Shown here: positions 1-8,733 of the stretch, piece after piece
How the letters are laid out: each line of letters starts with the position of its first letter
Numbering within the stretch: position 1 is the first letter of the stretch
Source: Podarcis cretensis
Taxonomy: Eukaryota
Assembly (NCBI GenBank): GCA_951804945.1
Contig: OX638150.1
Span: 61,256,001-61,320,000 of the forward strand
Reading direction: 5' to 3'
DNA: 64,000 nt
Notes under the pieces: model-generated
What the model was told of the DNA's origin: nothing
The model's input: only the letters and a program-made list of their open reading frames with translations
The model's database searches: none
Translations under genes and position numbers: made by a program

Positions 1-541
1 TTGTGAGTCACTCCCACCAGATGTGCCTGAATTTGCCTACAGCTGTTTCTAGTGGTTTCTAAAAACAGTTTTGATGGTCACCACACTGAACAGCTTAGCT
101 GCTTTTGACCTATTCAGAAACAACATAGATACCACTATAGGCACAAATTATTGCACTAGCCTAGCATGAACTGTATAAGGGATTCCACATTTGATTCTCA
201 CCTCCTTCCAGACCATCCAACCTTGTCATAACATTTCTCTTTCAAGGTCCATTGCCCTTGATTGTCCCTTGCTTTTGATGACAGATTTGGTGATGGAGTT
301 GTAGCAAAAAGCTCTGGCAACATGGACAGTTTGCTATGGCTTCTGTGGACCATGCCCAAATTCCTCAAACTGGCTTGTATGTTGGACTTTTGATTCTTAT
401 TTGAGTATCAATCTTGCCATCATGTCCTTTGTAGGCTTTCCAAAGGTGGGAAACAGGCCACTGAGCCAAATCACCCTTTGGTCTGATGTATCAGGGCTCA
501 AGCAAATTGTATAATTATTACATTATTATCATAAAGGTTAC

Positions 542-619
542 CTTGAGAGCTTCCAAGATTCTACCATCGTAGTCAATTACTACTGTATCACCCTGTTCTC
601 CTTTCAGGCCTGGAGGACC
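542..619 (-). CDS. COL23A1: COL23A1 exon, 78 nt, GPPGLKGEQGDTVVIDYDGRILEALK (end of COL1 plus NC2)
   Basis: tttctttgtag|GGT...AAG|gtaacc; diagnostic NC2 motif. Confidence 0.97.
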
Positions 620-1714
620 CTACAAAGAAAAGAAAAGGTAATTGTAAACTTTATGGGAATAGAAATAATTTTCTGCTTTTCACATGCTATTAAGAAGTCA
701 CAGTAAATTCTAGTTTCATACTTAAATACGGTGCTTTAATTGCTACAGTCTAGATAATAACTGTTCACTGGATGAAAGTGGAATAAACCACCTATGCTGT
801 GACAGTCCCATTAAGGCCCATTGGGTACTGGAGGTCCTACTCTTAGAGCCATCATTAGTTAAGATAACCTTGGCAGATGCTTTTGCAGTAGTAGCAGCAC
901 AACTACGGAATTCCTCCACCAGGGAAATCCTCCAAGCACACCCTCAATGTCATGAGCTATGAAAATATTTTTATTCCTCTATGCTTTGGCACAACAATCC
1001 TATGCTTGTCTACTCAGGAGTAAATAAGAAGTCAGATTCCAAAAGAGCTTATTCAAAGGAAAGCAGCTATAGGGCTGCAGCCAAACAGTGCAATTCTCTA
1101 TGTAGGTCTACTCAGTAGTAAATCCCCTTTGAGTTCAATGATGGAACCACCCAGTTAAGTGTGTCTAGGGCTGCAGTCTAAATCTTACTGTCTCTTCACA
1201 CATCTTGCACCCACCTCCATTTCTGTTGGACCTTTTCTCTTAAGCGCCCAGCCCCCCCCCCCGGCTCCAGCCTCGCAGGTGGAGCCAAACACCATAAATA
1301 ACTGCCCCCTCCTCCTGGATCAGTCTCCTGCCCTCTTCTCTCTGCAATCAGGGAACTGCCAGTCCCTGACAATGATTCATGACGTAGGTCCTGGGGCAAA
1401 ATGATTCGAATGCACTTCTATATGGAAGGCAGAGATGTCATAGCACATGGAACCTCCCTTTGAGGTTTTCAATGGCCTATAAAAGTCAAAACTAGTACCC
1501 AACCCATTTTATAAGTCCACACACAAATGTCAAAGACTGAAATTCAAGGAAACTATTTTCTACTCCAGAATATTTATACTGATTGTATTATTGCCAACGG
1601 GGAAAATCCCTAGCTTTTGCATAGTTAATTTATCTTCCACAAATCTCACAGTGTATTCTTTCAGCTTGAGTGTTTATTTTAGGGAGCTAAAGAAAGAACA
1701 AAAGTAATTCATAC

Positions 1715-1759
1715 CCTTGGCCCAATGTGTCCATCTGCTCCTCTTTCACCAGGTTCACC
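1715..1759 (-). CDS. COL23A1: COL23A1 exon, 45 nt, GEPGERGADGHIGPR
   Basis: tttcag|GGT...AGG|gtatg; corresponds to human GEPGHRGTDGAAGPR. Confidence 0.95.
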
Positions 1760-2914
1760 CTGAAAATAAATGTTTGTTACTCTAAAATATTGATTCAGAG
1801 ACAAGATACGTCACATATCTATGTGTCTTGAGGAGCACAGCATAAGCAATAGCAGGCTTAAAAGACCTTCACACAATCCAGCTGCAAAACAAATCAGCCA
1901 AATCAGATACAAGATAATAAAACTGCCCTGCAGGTTTTAGTGTAACAATATGCACACCACACTGCTGCAAAACCAACTAACTTTTGAACAAGAAATTAGC
2001 CTGGCATATAAAATTAATCATGTCATGATTATACTTTTGCTTTCACATATTGTATTTTGTGCTTGCATTGTTTACACTGTCAAATATTTCTTCTTGTAAT
2101 CTCTGTAGTTTATGAAAAATTAACATGGCAAGTAGCAAAAAGACACTCTAGCACGTCAAATCTTTATAAATTAAGATAGTTGCCACATTTACTGTAGGTA
2201 TTCTGAACCTCACGTTCTTCAGTTTTCCAGCATAAAAAGAGCTATAACCTAATAAAGAGGAAGCTAAGTTTGATGCAGACTTCATGAAATACAGATCCGC
2301 TCCAAAGGATTAGCAACTTGTTTAAATGGATGTAGCACAAACAAATGTTTCCTTTTCTCCACTTCAAGACGGAGACTCATGAAAAATTACATAATCAATT
2401 CTAAAATGTTTTATCATGGAATGAACAAAGAGGCAATTAAAAGAACACTCTTTTCCCATCTTCCTAACTGATCGAACAGAGAAGCATACCAATGAATACT
2501 GGTTCAAGCCATACATTTTTGCCCCCTCTCTGCTGGCTTGCTCCACTTCCTCCTTCAGTGGGGAAAAGCTAATAAGTTCGGCTGGGTGGGTGCTTCAGAA
2601 AGCAAGAAAGGTCTCACCATTATGGTCATATGTCAGGGGCATCTAGCTCAATGCAGCTGGCCAGTTTACTGTTTTATTATTTCATATCATACCTATCTTC
2701 TTTCCTGGAAGACTGAAAAAGTAGGAGGCTTAAATGAGACTTGCTGTTCCTACAGTAATGCAGCTCTGTGTGCATCATGGCAGGTTTTTAAAAATGCAAA
2801 TTGTAATTGCTTGGTGGGCAGGATAATTACCAGAGGCAATATGGAGAGGGAATTTAATTCTGCTGTAGTCCAGGGAAAACAATCCTTTTCTGTATCTGGT
2901 ATTTGATTTCAAAG

Positions 2915-3064
2915 GAGCTCAGTTGGTTAGAGCCTGGTGCTGATAACGCCAAGTTTGCAAGTGCGATCCCCGTATGGGCCAGCTGCATATTCCTGCATTG
3001 CAAGGGGTTGGACTAGATGATCCTTAGGGTCCCTTCCAACTCTACAATTCTAGGATTCTATGAA
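2915..3064 (+). mobile_element. tRNA-derived SINE with CR1-type tail (POM-like)
   Basis: A-box-like agctcagttggttagagc; tail ggactagatgatcc...ccttccaactctacaattctaggattctatga. Confidence 0.75.
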
Positions 3065-3588
3065 TCAAATAGGGATTATCAAAGGTGATTTTCTCAGCCC
3101 CTCAGCAGAGGAAGAAAGGGTTAGATTCTTTCTCCATATTAGCTCTGACATTACTAATTATCAATAACCCCCCAAAGCAATTTGCATTGCAAAACATTTG
3201 CAGGTTAAATGCAAATACACTTTTAACTCAAGTCTAGACTAGGCATCCTTCTTAAATGGAGATTATAATTTATTTATATTTCATCTATAGGTCTTCATTT
3301 TGCTTTGAGCCTGACATTCAGAATAGAATAGGGGTCAGCACCCCTTTTGGGTTTGTGGGCACAGTTGCAATCTGAAGAAATTTCAATTTCCCCCCCTCAA
3401 GCCTATTTTTTGGGGGTGGGCAGTGGAAGCAAGAGCACCCCAGCTGCAATCTCCAGAAAGATCCTCCCCACAAAAATCCCTCTATGTTGGACACTGCATT
3501 GGTGACCCATGGAACAGAAAATCTTCAGGTAATAAAGAAACCTGCAGCTCATATGATACAATGCCCTAGAAGAGGCTGATTACAGATA

Positions 3589-3827
3589 CAGTGTGGTGTA
3601 GTGGTTAAGAGCGGTGGACTTGTAATCTGGTGAACCGGGTTCGCATCTCGGCTCCTCCACATGCGGCTGCTGGGTGACCTTGGGCTAGTCACACTTCTCT
3701 GAAGTCTCTCAGCGCCAGTCACCTCACAGAGTGCTTATTGTGGGGGAGGAAGGGAAAAGGAGATTGTGAGCTGCTTTGAGACTCCTTAGGGTAGTAATAA
3801 AGCGGGATATCAAATCCAAACTCCTCT

Positions 3828-3830
<3 letters not shown>
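3589..3830 (+). mobile_element. tRNA-derived squamate SINE (Squam3/CORE-like)
   Basis: cagtgtggtgtagtggttaagagc...gggttcg...gggtgaccttgggctagtcac; reverse-orientation relative at 57104-57323. Confidence 0.75.
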
Positions 3831-3858
<28 letters not shown>

Positions 3859-5173
3859 TTGGAAAAGGACTCGCAACTCTTGAAAATATTTCAGTTCTCT
3901 ATTTTCCTTGGGCTAATGTTATGCTGATCATGCGAAACAAAGATACTTATGCTATTTTACATTCCATCCTGTTTTCATGATACAGTATTTCAAAACTAAC
4001 CTATTTGCTTCTTCCTGTTACCAGAGCATATAAACATGCCATCTATGAAATAATGTCGTTTGCTGTAGGGACTTATAAAATTTGTACACTCCATTGTCAT
4101 TTCCTGTACTGGTAATCAAATTATTGAATTGCTATGCATTAAATTAATTAGCAGATTCAGGTTTGTGTGCGTGTGTGTTTTTTTTTTACTCTGCATGTCT
4201 TTATGTTAGAATGATTCTACATTTTTTTCCAAAAAAAATTAATGCAGTATTGTTTTTTATCCTATATTAGCAGAGAAAATGAATGTTCTATCTTAATTTG
4301 CCTTAATTTGGCAGTTTTTGTTATAATTTAATGATGCCTGTTGTGGAGGACAGAGCTCCATAAGTGCAGGATAAAACATTCAAAGAGCCAGGGTTTGAAG
4401 TCATTAGGTATGGGAAGTTGGATGTGCAGCACCAGAAGCCCTGCTAGCACACTAGCAATTTCTGATAGCTATGTGCCAATACCAGCCAAGGCTCATTCCA
4501 TCGCCATCCTCCCATGTGGAAATCCAAGTGCATACAGCTCTTTAAACCACACTAGCTGCCCTGCTTTTCAGCATTCGCCATCACATAGACAAAAGGGCTC
4601 AAGCTGTCTCACCAATTCAACATGAAACGGAATTTCGTGTGAACCTGGACCTCGCCATTTCACAGTAAGCATGCAAATACCCTGCTCTGCACCATTCATG
4701 TCTTGTGCGTGTTCCAAAAGTAAAGCATACATCGAGAATCATATGGAAAAGAAGAGGCTTGGGAGGGGAAGGAGTTACATAAGAAAAGAAGCAGTTGGGG
4801 AGCAGATTAAGCAGGACCCTCCCAACACCTCTCTGATCCAAAATTGTCATCTTCCTCAAACAAAAATGACCACTTGTGTTTTGATGCATACATTTGATTA
4901 CCATGTTTCATTTTGCTCTCCGTTACCAAGCAGGGTTAATACTAGTCTTGGGCTATGATCCAAGGGAAGTCTTCTATATGTGTAATTTTTCAGCTACAAA
5001 AATTTTCTTCAAATGTCTGATAAGCTGCTCCTGAATGTTGGAGAGCATGGCAGTGAAACATCCCATTAGATGTGAGGGGATGCTGCTGTAAATGCAAGTT
5101 GCAATTTCATTGCAAATGAAGCATTTTGCATGTTCGTATCCAGACCTTACTATCCTTCCCATTTGATACTTAC

Positions 5174-5236
5174 CTTTGGCCCTGGTAGACCATTTATTCC
5201 ATTCACTCCTATTGGGCCAACACTTCCTGGTTCTCC
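5174..5236 (-). CDS. COL23A1: Array exon copy 20, GEPGSVGPIGVNGINGLPGPK
   Basis: 63 nt, cag/gtaagt; followed by the 3.4-kb intron. Confidence 0.85.
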
Positions 5237-5327
5237 CTGTAATGTTTGAAGGAGGTGCAATGGAAAACTCTCAGTTTCTAAGCAGGCCAGGTGCTAGTCT
5301 CACTATCCTTTCCAATGTGATACTTAC

Positions 5328-5390
5328 CTTTGGCCCTGGAAGGCCATCTGTACCTTTCTCTCCTGTTGGGCCAACACTTCCTGGGTCTCC
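5328..5390 (-). CDS. COL23A1: Array exon copy 19, GDPGSVGPTGEKGTDGLPGPK
   Basis: 63 nt, cag/gtaagt. Confidence 0.82.
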
Positions 5391-5481
5391 CTGTAATGTT
5401 TGAGAGAGGTGCAATGGAAAACTCTCAGTTTCTAAGCAGGCCAGGTGCTAGTCTTACTATTCTTTCCCACGCGCCACTTAC

Positions 5482-5544
5482 CTTTGGCCCTGGTAGACCA
5501 TCTATGCCTTTGTCTCCTGTCGGGCCAGGGCTTCCGGGTTCTCC
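5482..5544 (-). CDS. COL23A1: Array exon copy 18, GEPGSPGPTGDKGIDGLPGPK
   Basis: 63 nt, cag/gtaagt. Confidence 0.82.
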
Positions 5545-5810
5545 CTGAAATGTTTGAAAGAGGTGCAATGGAAAACTTCCAGGGCTGGATCCAGATTCTG
5601 CTAGCAGAAGCCCACACAAGGCATTCTACTAGCACAATTTCCTTCCCTCTCCTCCCCCTGTGCCCTGTCATTGGCTGGAGTGGGTGGGAGAACCCCCAGA
5701 TCAGTGGGGGCAGGGTAGGAGAGGAGAGATTGTTTTGTTAAGCAAGCAGATATGCTTGCATTGATATGAGTGATGCCTAACCTCACTATCCTTTTCCATA
5801 TGCTGCTTAC

Positions 5811-5873
5811 CTTTGGCCCTGGTAGCCCATCAATGCATTTGTCTCCTACTGAGCCATTGCCTCCTGGTTCTCC
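5811..5873 (-). CDS. COL23A1: Array exon copy 17, GEPGGNGSVGDKCIDGLPGPK (Gly->Cys)
   Basis: 63 nt, cag/gtaagc; TGC at a Gly position (5835-5837). Confidence 0.7.
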
Positions 5874-5962
5874 CTGTAATATTTGAAAGAGGTGCAATGG
5901 AAAATGCAGTTTCTAATCAGGGCATGCGCTAATCTTACTATCCTTTCCCATGCGCTGCTTAC

Positions 5963-6025
5963 CTTTGGCCCTGGTAGACCATCTATGCCTTTCTCTCCTA
6001 TTGGACCAGGGCTTCCTGGTTCACC
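5963..6025 (-). CDS. COL23A1: Array exon copy 16, GEPGSPGPIGEKGIDGLPGPK
   Basis: 63 nt, cag/gtaagc. Confidence 0.82.
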
Positions 6026-6517
6026 CTGCAATGTTTGAAAGAGGTGAAATGGAAAAGTCTCATTTTTTAAGCAGGGCAATAAGACCAGTACAAGCAGCTG
6101 GACATCTGGGAGGCTGGGTAAGAAGACTCACCACCACTGCCCTCCTCAGCACTGCCCTCTGTTTCTGTCAGCCTCTTCTGGAGGACAGATGAGGAAGCCA
6201 GATGTGAAGCATCTAGTTAAAAGACCATTATTCTGCTGTACTGTATTTATTGTCTGTTAACTTTCATTTTGTTCTGTACTTAGGCGTTAGGTCTAGAGTA
6301 TATTTTTGTAATATTGAAGACAGTATATTCTATGTTTCTTGCTGAATTGTTGTTGTGTTTACAAAACTGCCTTCTCCCCAATCAATGTTTTGCAGTTTAA
6401 TAGGAAAAGGGGACATTGTTGTAAGCTGCTTTAGGAACAGCTCACTGTGCAAAGGTGCCATATACATAAACTTAAATGAACTAAACAATCTGACAATCTT
6501 TCCCGTGCTCTGCTTAC

Positions 6518-6580
6518 CTTCGGCCCTGCTAGACCATCTAAGCCTTTCTCTCCCGCTGGGCCAATGCTTCCAGGTTCTCC
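6518..6580 (-). CDS. COL23A1: Array exon copy 15, GEPGSIGPAGEKGLDGLAGPK
   Basis: 63 nt, tag/gtaagc. Confidence 0.8.
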
Positions 6581-6671
6581 CTATGATGTTTGAAAGAGAT
6601 GCAGTGGAAAACTCTCAGTTGGTAAGCAGGGCATATGCTAATCTTAGCATTCTTCTCCATGCACTGCTTAC

Positions 6672-6734
6672 CTTAGGCCCTGGTAGCCCATCTATGCCTC
6701 TCTCTCCCACTGAGCCAGCGCTTCCTCGTTTTCC
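6672..6734 (-). CDS. COL23A1: Array exon copy 14, GKRGSAGSVGERGIDGLPGPK
   Basis: 63 nt, cag/gtaagc. Confidence 0.8.
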
Positions 6735-6821
6735 CTGTGGTGTTTAAGGAAGGGCAATGGAACTCTCAGTTTCTGAGCAGGTATCATCAAGTCTTAGTAT
6801 ATTTTCTGATGTGCTGCTTAC

Positions 6822-6884
6822 CCTTGCTCCTGGTTGCCCTTTTATGCCTTTTTCCCCAGTCTGACCAATGCTTCCTGGATTTCC
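6822..6884 (-). CDS. COL23A1: Array exon copy 13, GNPGSIGQTGEKGIKGQPGAR
   Basis: 63 nt, cag/gtaagc; strongly diverged but all 7 Gly kept. Confidence 0.8.
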
Positions 6885-6976
6885 CTGTAGTGTTTGAAAG
6901 AGGTGCAATGGAAGACTTTAAGTTTTCAAGCAGGGCATGTGCTAAATCTTAGCCGTCATTCCCATGCACTGCTTAC

Positions 6977-7039
6977 CTTTGGCCCTGGTAGCCCATCCAT
7001 GCCTCTCTCCCCTGTTGGGCCAATGCTTCCCCGGTTTCC
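6977..7039 (-). CDS. COL23A1: Array exon copy 12, GNRGSIGPTGERGMDGLPGPK
   Basis: 63 nt, cag/gtaagc. Confidence 0.8.
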
Positions 7040-7133
7040 CTGTAAATTTTGAAAGAGGGAGAATGGAAAACTCTTGGTTTCTTAGCAGGCTATGTGCTTA
7101 GGATCTTGTTATCCTTTCCCATGTAATACCCAC

Positions 7134-7196
7134 CTTTGGCCCTGGTAGACCACTCATGCCTCTTTTTCCCACAGGGCCAATGTTTCCTGGTTCTCC
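7134..7196 (-). CDS. COL23A1: Array exon copy 11, GEPGNIGPVGKRGMSGLPGPK
   Basis: 63 nt, cag/gtgggt (the only donor in the array that is not GTAAG). Confidence 0.78.
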
Positions 7197-7287
7197 CTGT
7201 ATTATTTGAAAGAGGTGCAATAGGAAACTCTAAGTTTCTAAGCATGGATTGTGCTAATCTTAGCATTCTTTCCCATGCACTGCTTAC

Positions 7288-7350
7288 CTTTGCCCCTGGT
7301 AGACCATCTATGCCTCTCTCCCCTACTGGGCCAGGACTTCCTGCTTCTCC
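7288..7350 (-). CDS. COL23A1: Array exon copy 10, GEAGSPGPVGERGIDGLPGAK
   Basis: 63 nt, tag/gtaagc. Confidence 0.8.
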
Positions 7351-7439
7351 CTATAGTGTTTTTAAAAAGGTGCAATGGAAAACTCTGTTTCTTAACAAGA
7401 CATGTGCTAGTCTTTTATCAACTCCCATGTGCTCCTTAC

Positions 7440-7502
7440 CACTGGCCCTGGTAGACCATCTATGCCTCTTTCCCCTACTGGGCCAGGACTTCCTGCTTCT
7501 CC
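7440..7502 (-). CDS. COL23A1: Array exon copy 9, GEAGSPGPVGERGIDGLPGPV
   Basis: 63 nt, cag/gtaagg. Confidence 0.8.
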
Positions 7503-7593
7503 CTGTAGTGTTTAAAAGAGGTGCAATGGACAACTCTCAGTTGCTCACCAAGGAAAGTGCTAGCCTTTTTATCCTTTCTCATGCACTGCTTAC

Positions 7594-7656
7594 CTTTGGC
7601 CCTGGTAGACCATCTATGCCTCTCTCCCCTACTGGGCCAGGACTTCCTGCTTCTCC
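7594..7656 (-). CDS. COL23A1: Array exon copy 8, GEAGSPGPVGERGIDGLPGPK
   Basis: 63 nt, tag/gtaagc; identical to copy 7. Confidence 0.8.
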
Positions 7657-7748
7657 CTATAGTGTTTTTAAAAAGGTGCAATGGACAACTCTCAGTTGCT
7701 CACCAAGGAAAGTGCTAGCCTTTTTATCCTTTCTCATGCACTGCTTAC

Positions 7749-7811
7749 CTTTGGCCCTGGTAGACCATCTATGCCTCTCTCCCCTACTGGGCCAGGACTT
7801 CCTGCTTCTCC
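7749..7811 (-). CDS. COL23A1: Array exon copy 7, GEAGSPGPVGERGIDGLPGPK
   Basis: 63 nt, cag/gtaagc. Confidence 0.8.
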
Positions 7812-7903
7812 CTGTAGTGTTTTAAGAAGGTGCAATGGAAAACTCTCAGTTTCTCACCAAGGCAAGCACTAGCTATTTTTATTCTTTCCCATGCACTGCT
7901 TAC

Positions 7904-7966
7904 CTTTGGCCCTGGAAGACCATCTATTCCTTTGTCTCCCATTGGGCCGACACTTCCTGGTTCTCC
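7904..7966 (-). CDS. COL23A1: Array exon copy 6, GEPGSVGPMGDKGIDGLPGPK
   Basis: 63 nt, cag/gtaagc. Confidence 0.82.
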
Positions 7967-8056
7967 CTGGAGTGTTTATAAGAGGTGCAATGGAAAATTT
8001 TCAGTTTCTGAACAAGACATGTGCTAGTCTTTTATCCATTCCCATGTGTTCCTTAC

Positions 8057-8119
8057 CTTTGGCCCTGGAAGACCATCTATTCCTTTGTCTCCCATTGGGC
8101 CAACGCTTCCTTGTTTTCC
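8057..8119 (-). CDS. COL23A1: Array exon copy 5, GKQGSVGPMGDKGIDGLPGPK
   Basis: 63 nt, cag/gtaagg. Confidence 0.82.
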
Positions 8120-8209
8120 CTGTAGCATTCAAAAGAAGTGCAAAGAACACACTCATTTTCTAAGAAGGGTGTTCATCAGTTTTACTGTACCATTCAAGAA
8201 GATGCTTAC

Positions 8210-8272
8210 CTTTGGCCCTGGTAGACCATCTATTCCTTTTTCTCCCATTGGGCCAACACTTCCTGGTTCTCC
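8210..8272 (-). CDS. COL23A1: Array exon copy 4, GEPGSVGPMGEKGIDGLPGPK
   Basis: 63 nt, cag/gtaagc. Confidence 0.82.
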
Positions 8273-8363
8273 CTGTAATGTTTGAAAGAGGTGCAGTGGA
8301 AAACTCTCTGCTTTTAAGCAGGCCAGGTGCTAGTCTTACTATTCTTTCCCATGCACCACTTAC

Positions 8364-8426
8364 CTTTGGCCCTGGTAGACCATCTATGCCTTTGTCTCCC
8401 ATTGGGCCAGGGCTTCCAGGTTCTCC
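8364..8426 (-). CDS. COL23A1: Array exon copy 3, GEPGSPGPMGDKGIDGLPGPK
   Basis: 63 nt, cag/gtaagt. Confidence 0.82.
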
Positions 8427-8517
8427 CTGTAGTGTTTAAAAAAGGTGGAGTGGAAAACTCTTAGTTTTTGAGCAAGGCAAGTGCCAGTCTTTTTATGCTT
8501 TCCCATGCGCTGCTTAC

Positions 8518-8580
8518 CTTTGGCCCTGGTTTACCGTCTATGCCTTTGTCTCCCATTGGGCCAACGCTTCCTTGTTTTCC
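8518..8580 (-). CDS. COL23A1: Array exon copy 2, GKQGSVGPMGDKGIDGKPGPK
   Basis: 63 nt, cag/gtaag, intact Gly-X-Y. Confidence 0.82.
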
Positions 8581-8670
8581 CTGTAGCGTTCAAAAGAAGT
8601 GCAAAGAACACTCTCATTTTCTAAGAAGGGTGTTCATCAGTTTTACTGTACCATTCAAGAAGATGCTTAC

Positions 8671-8733
8671 CTTTGGCCCTGGTAGTCCTTCATTGCCCTT
8701 CTCACCTATGGGCCCAATACTTCCTTGTTCTCC
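8671..8733 (-). CDS. COL23A1: Array exon copy 1, GEQGSIGPIGEKGNEGLPGPK
   Basis: 63 nt, attaatctcag|...|gtaagc; its upstream acceptor is not of the repeat type. Confidence 0.92.

Larger units (their letters stand above)
5174..8733 (-). repeat. COL23A1: Tandem array of 20 exon+intron units (~154 bp: 63-nt collagen exon plus ~90-nt intron)
   Basis: Exon low coordinates: 5174, 5328, 5482, 5811, 5963, 6518, 6672, 6822, 6977, 7134, 7288, 7440, 7594, 7749, 7904, 8057, 8210, 8364, 8518, 8671. Spacing is 150-157 bp except at two introns with insertions. Confidence 0.97.

Noticed and set aside
2915-2985. tRNA gene
   Set aside because: It is a degenerate tRNA-like SINE head followed by a CR1-type tail.
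5174-8733. CRISPR-like repeat/spacer reading of the array
   Set aside because: The DNA is vertebrate, the 'spacers' are homologous GT-AG introns, and the 'repeats' are collagen exons.
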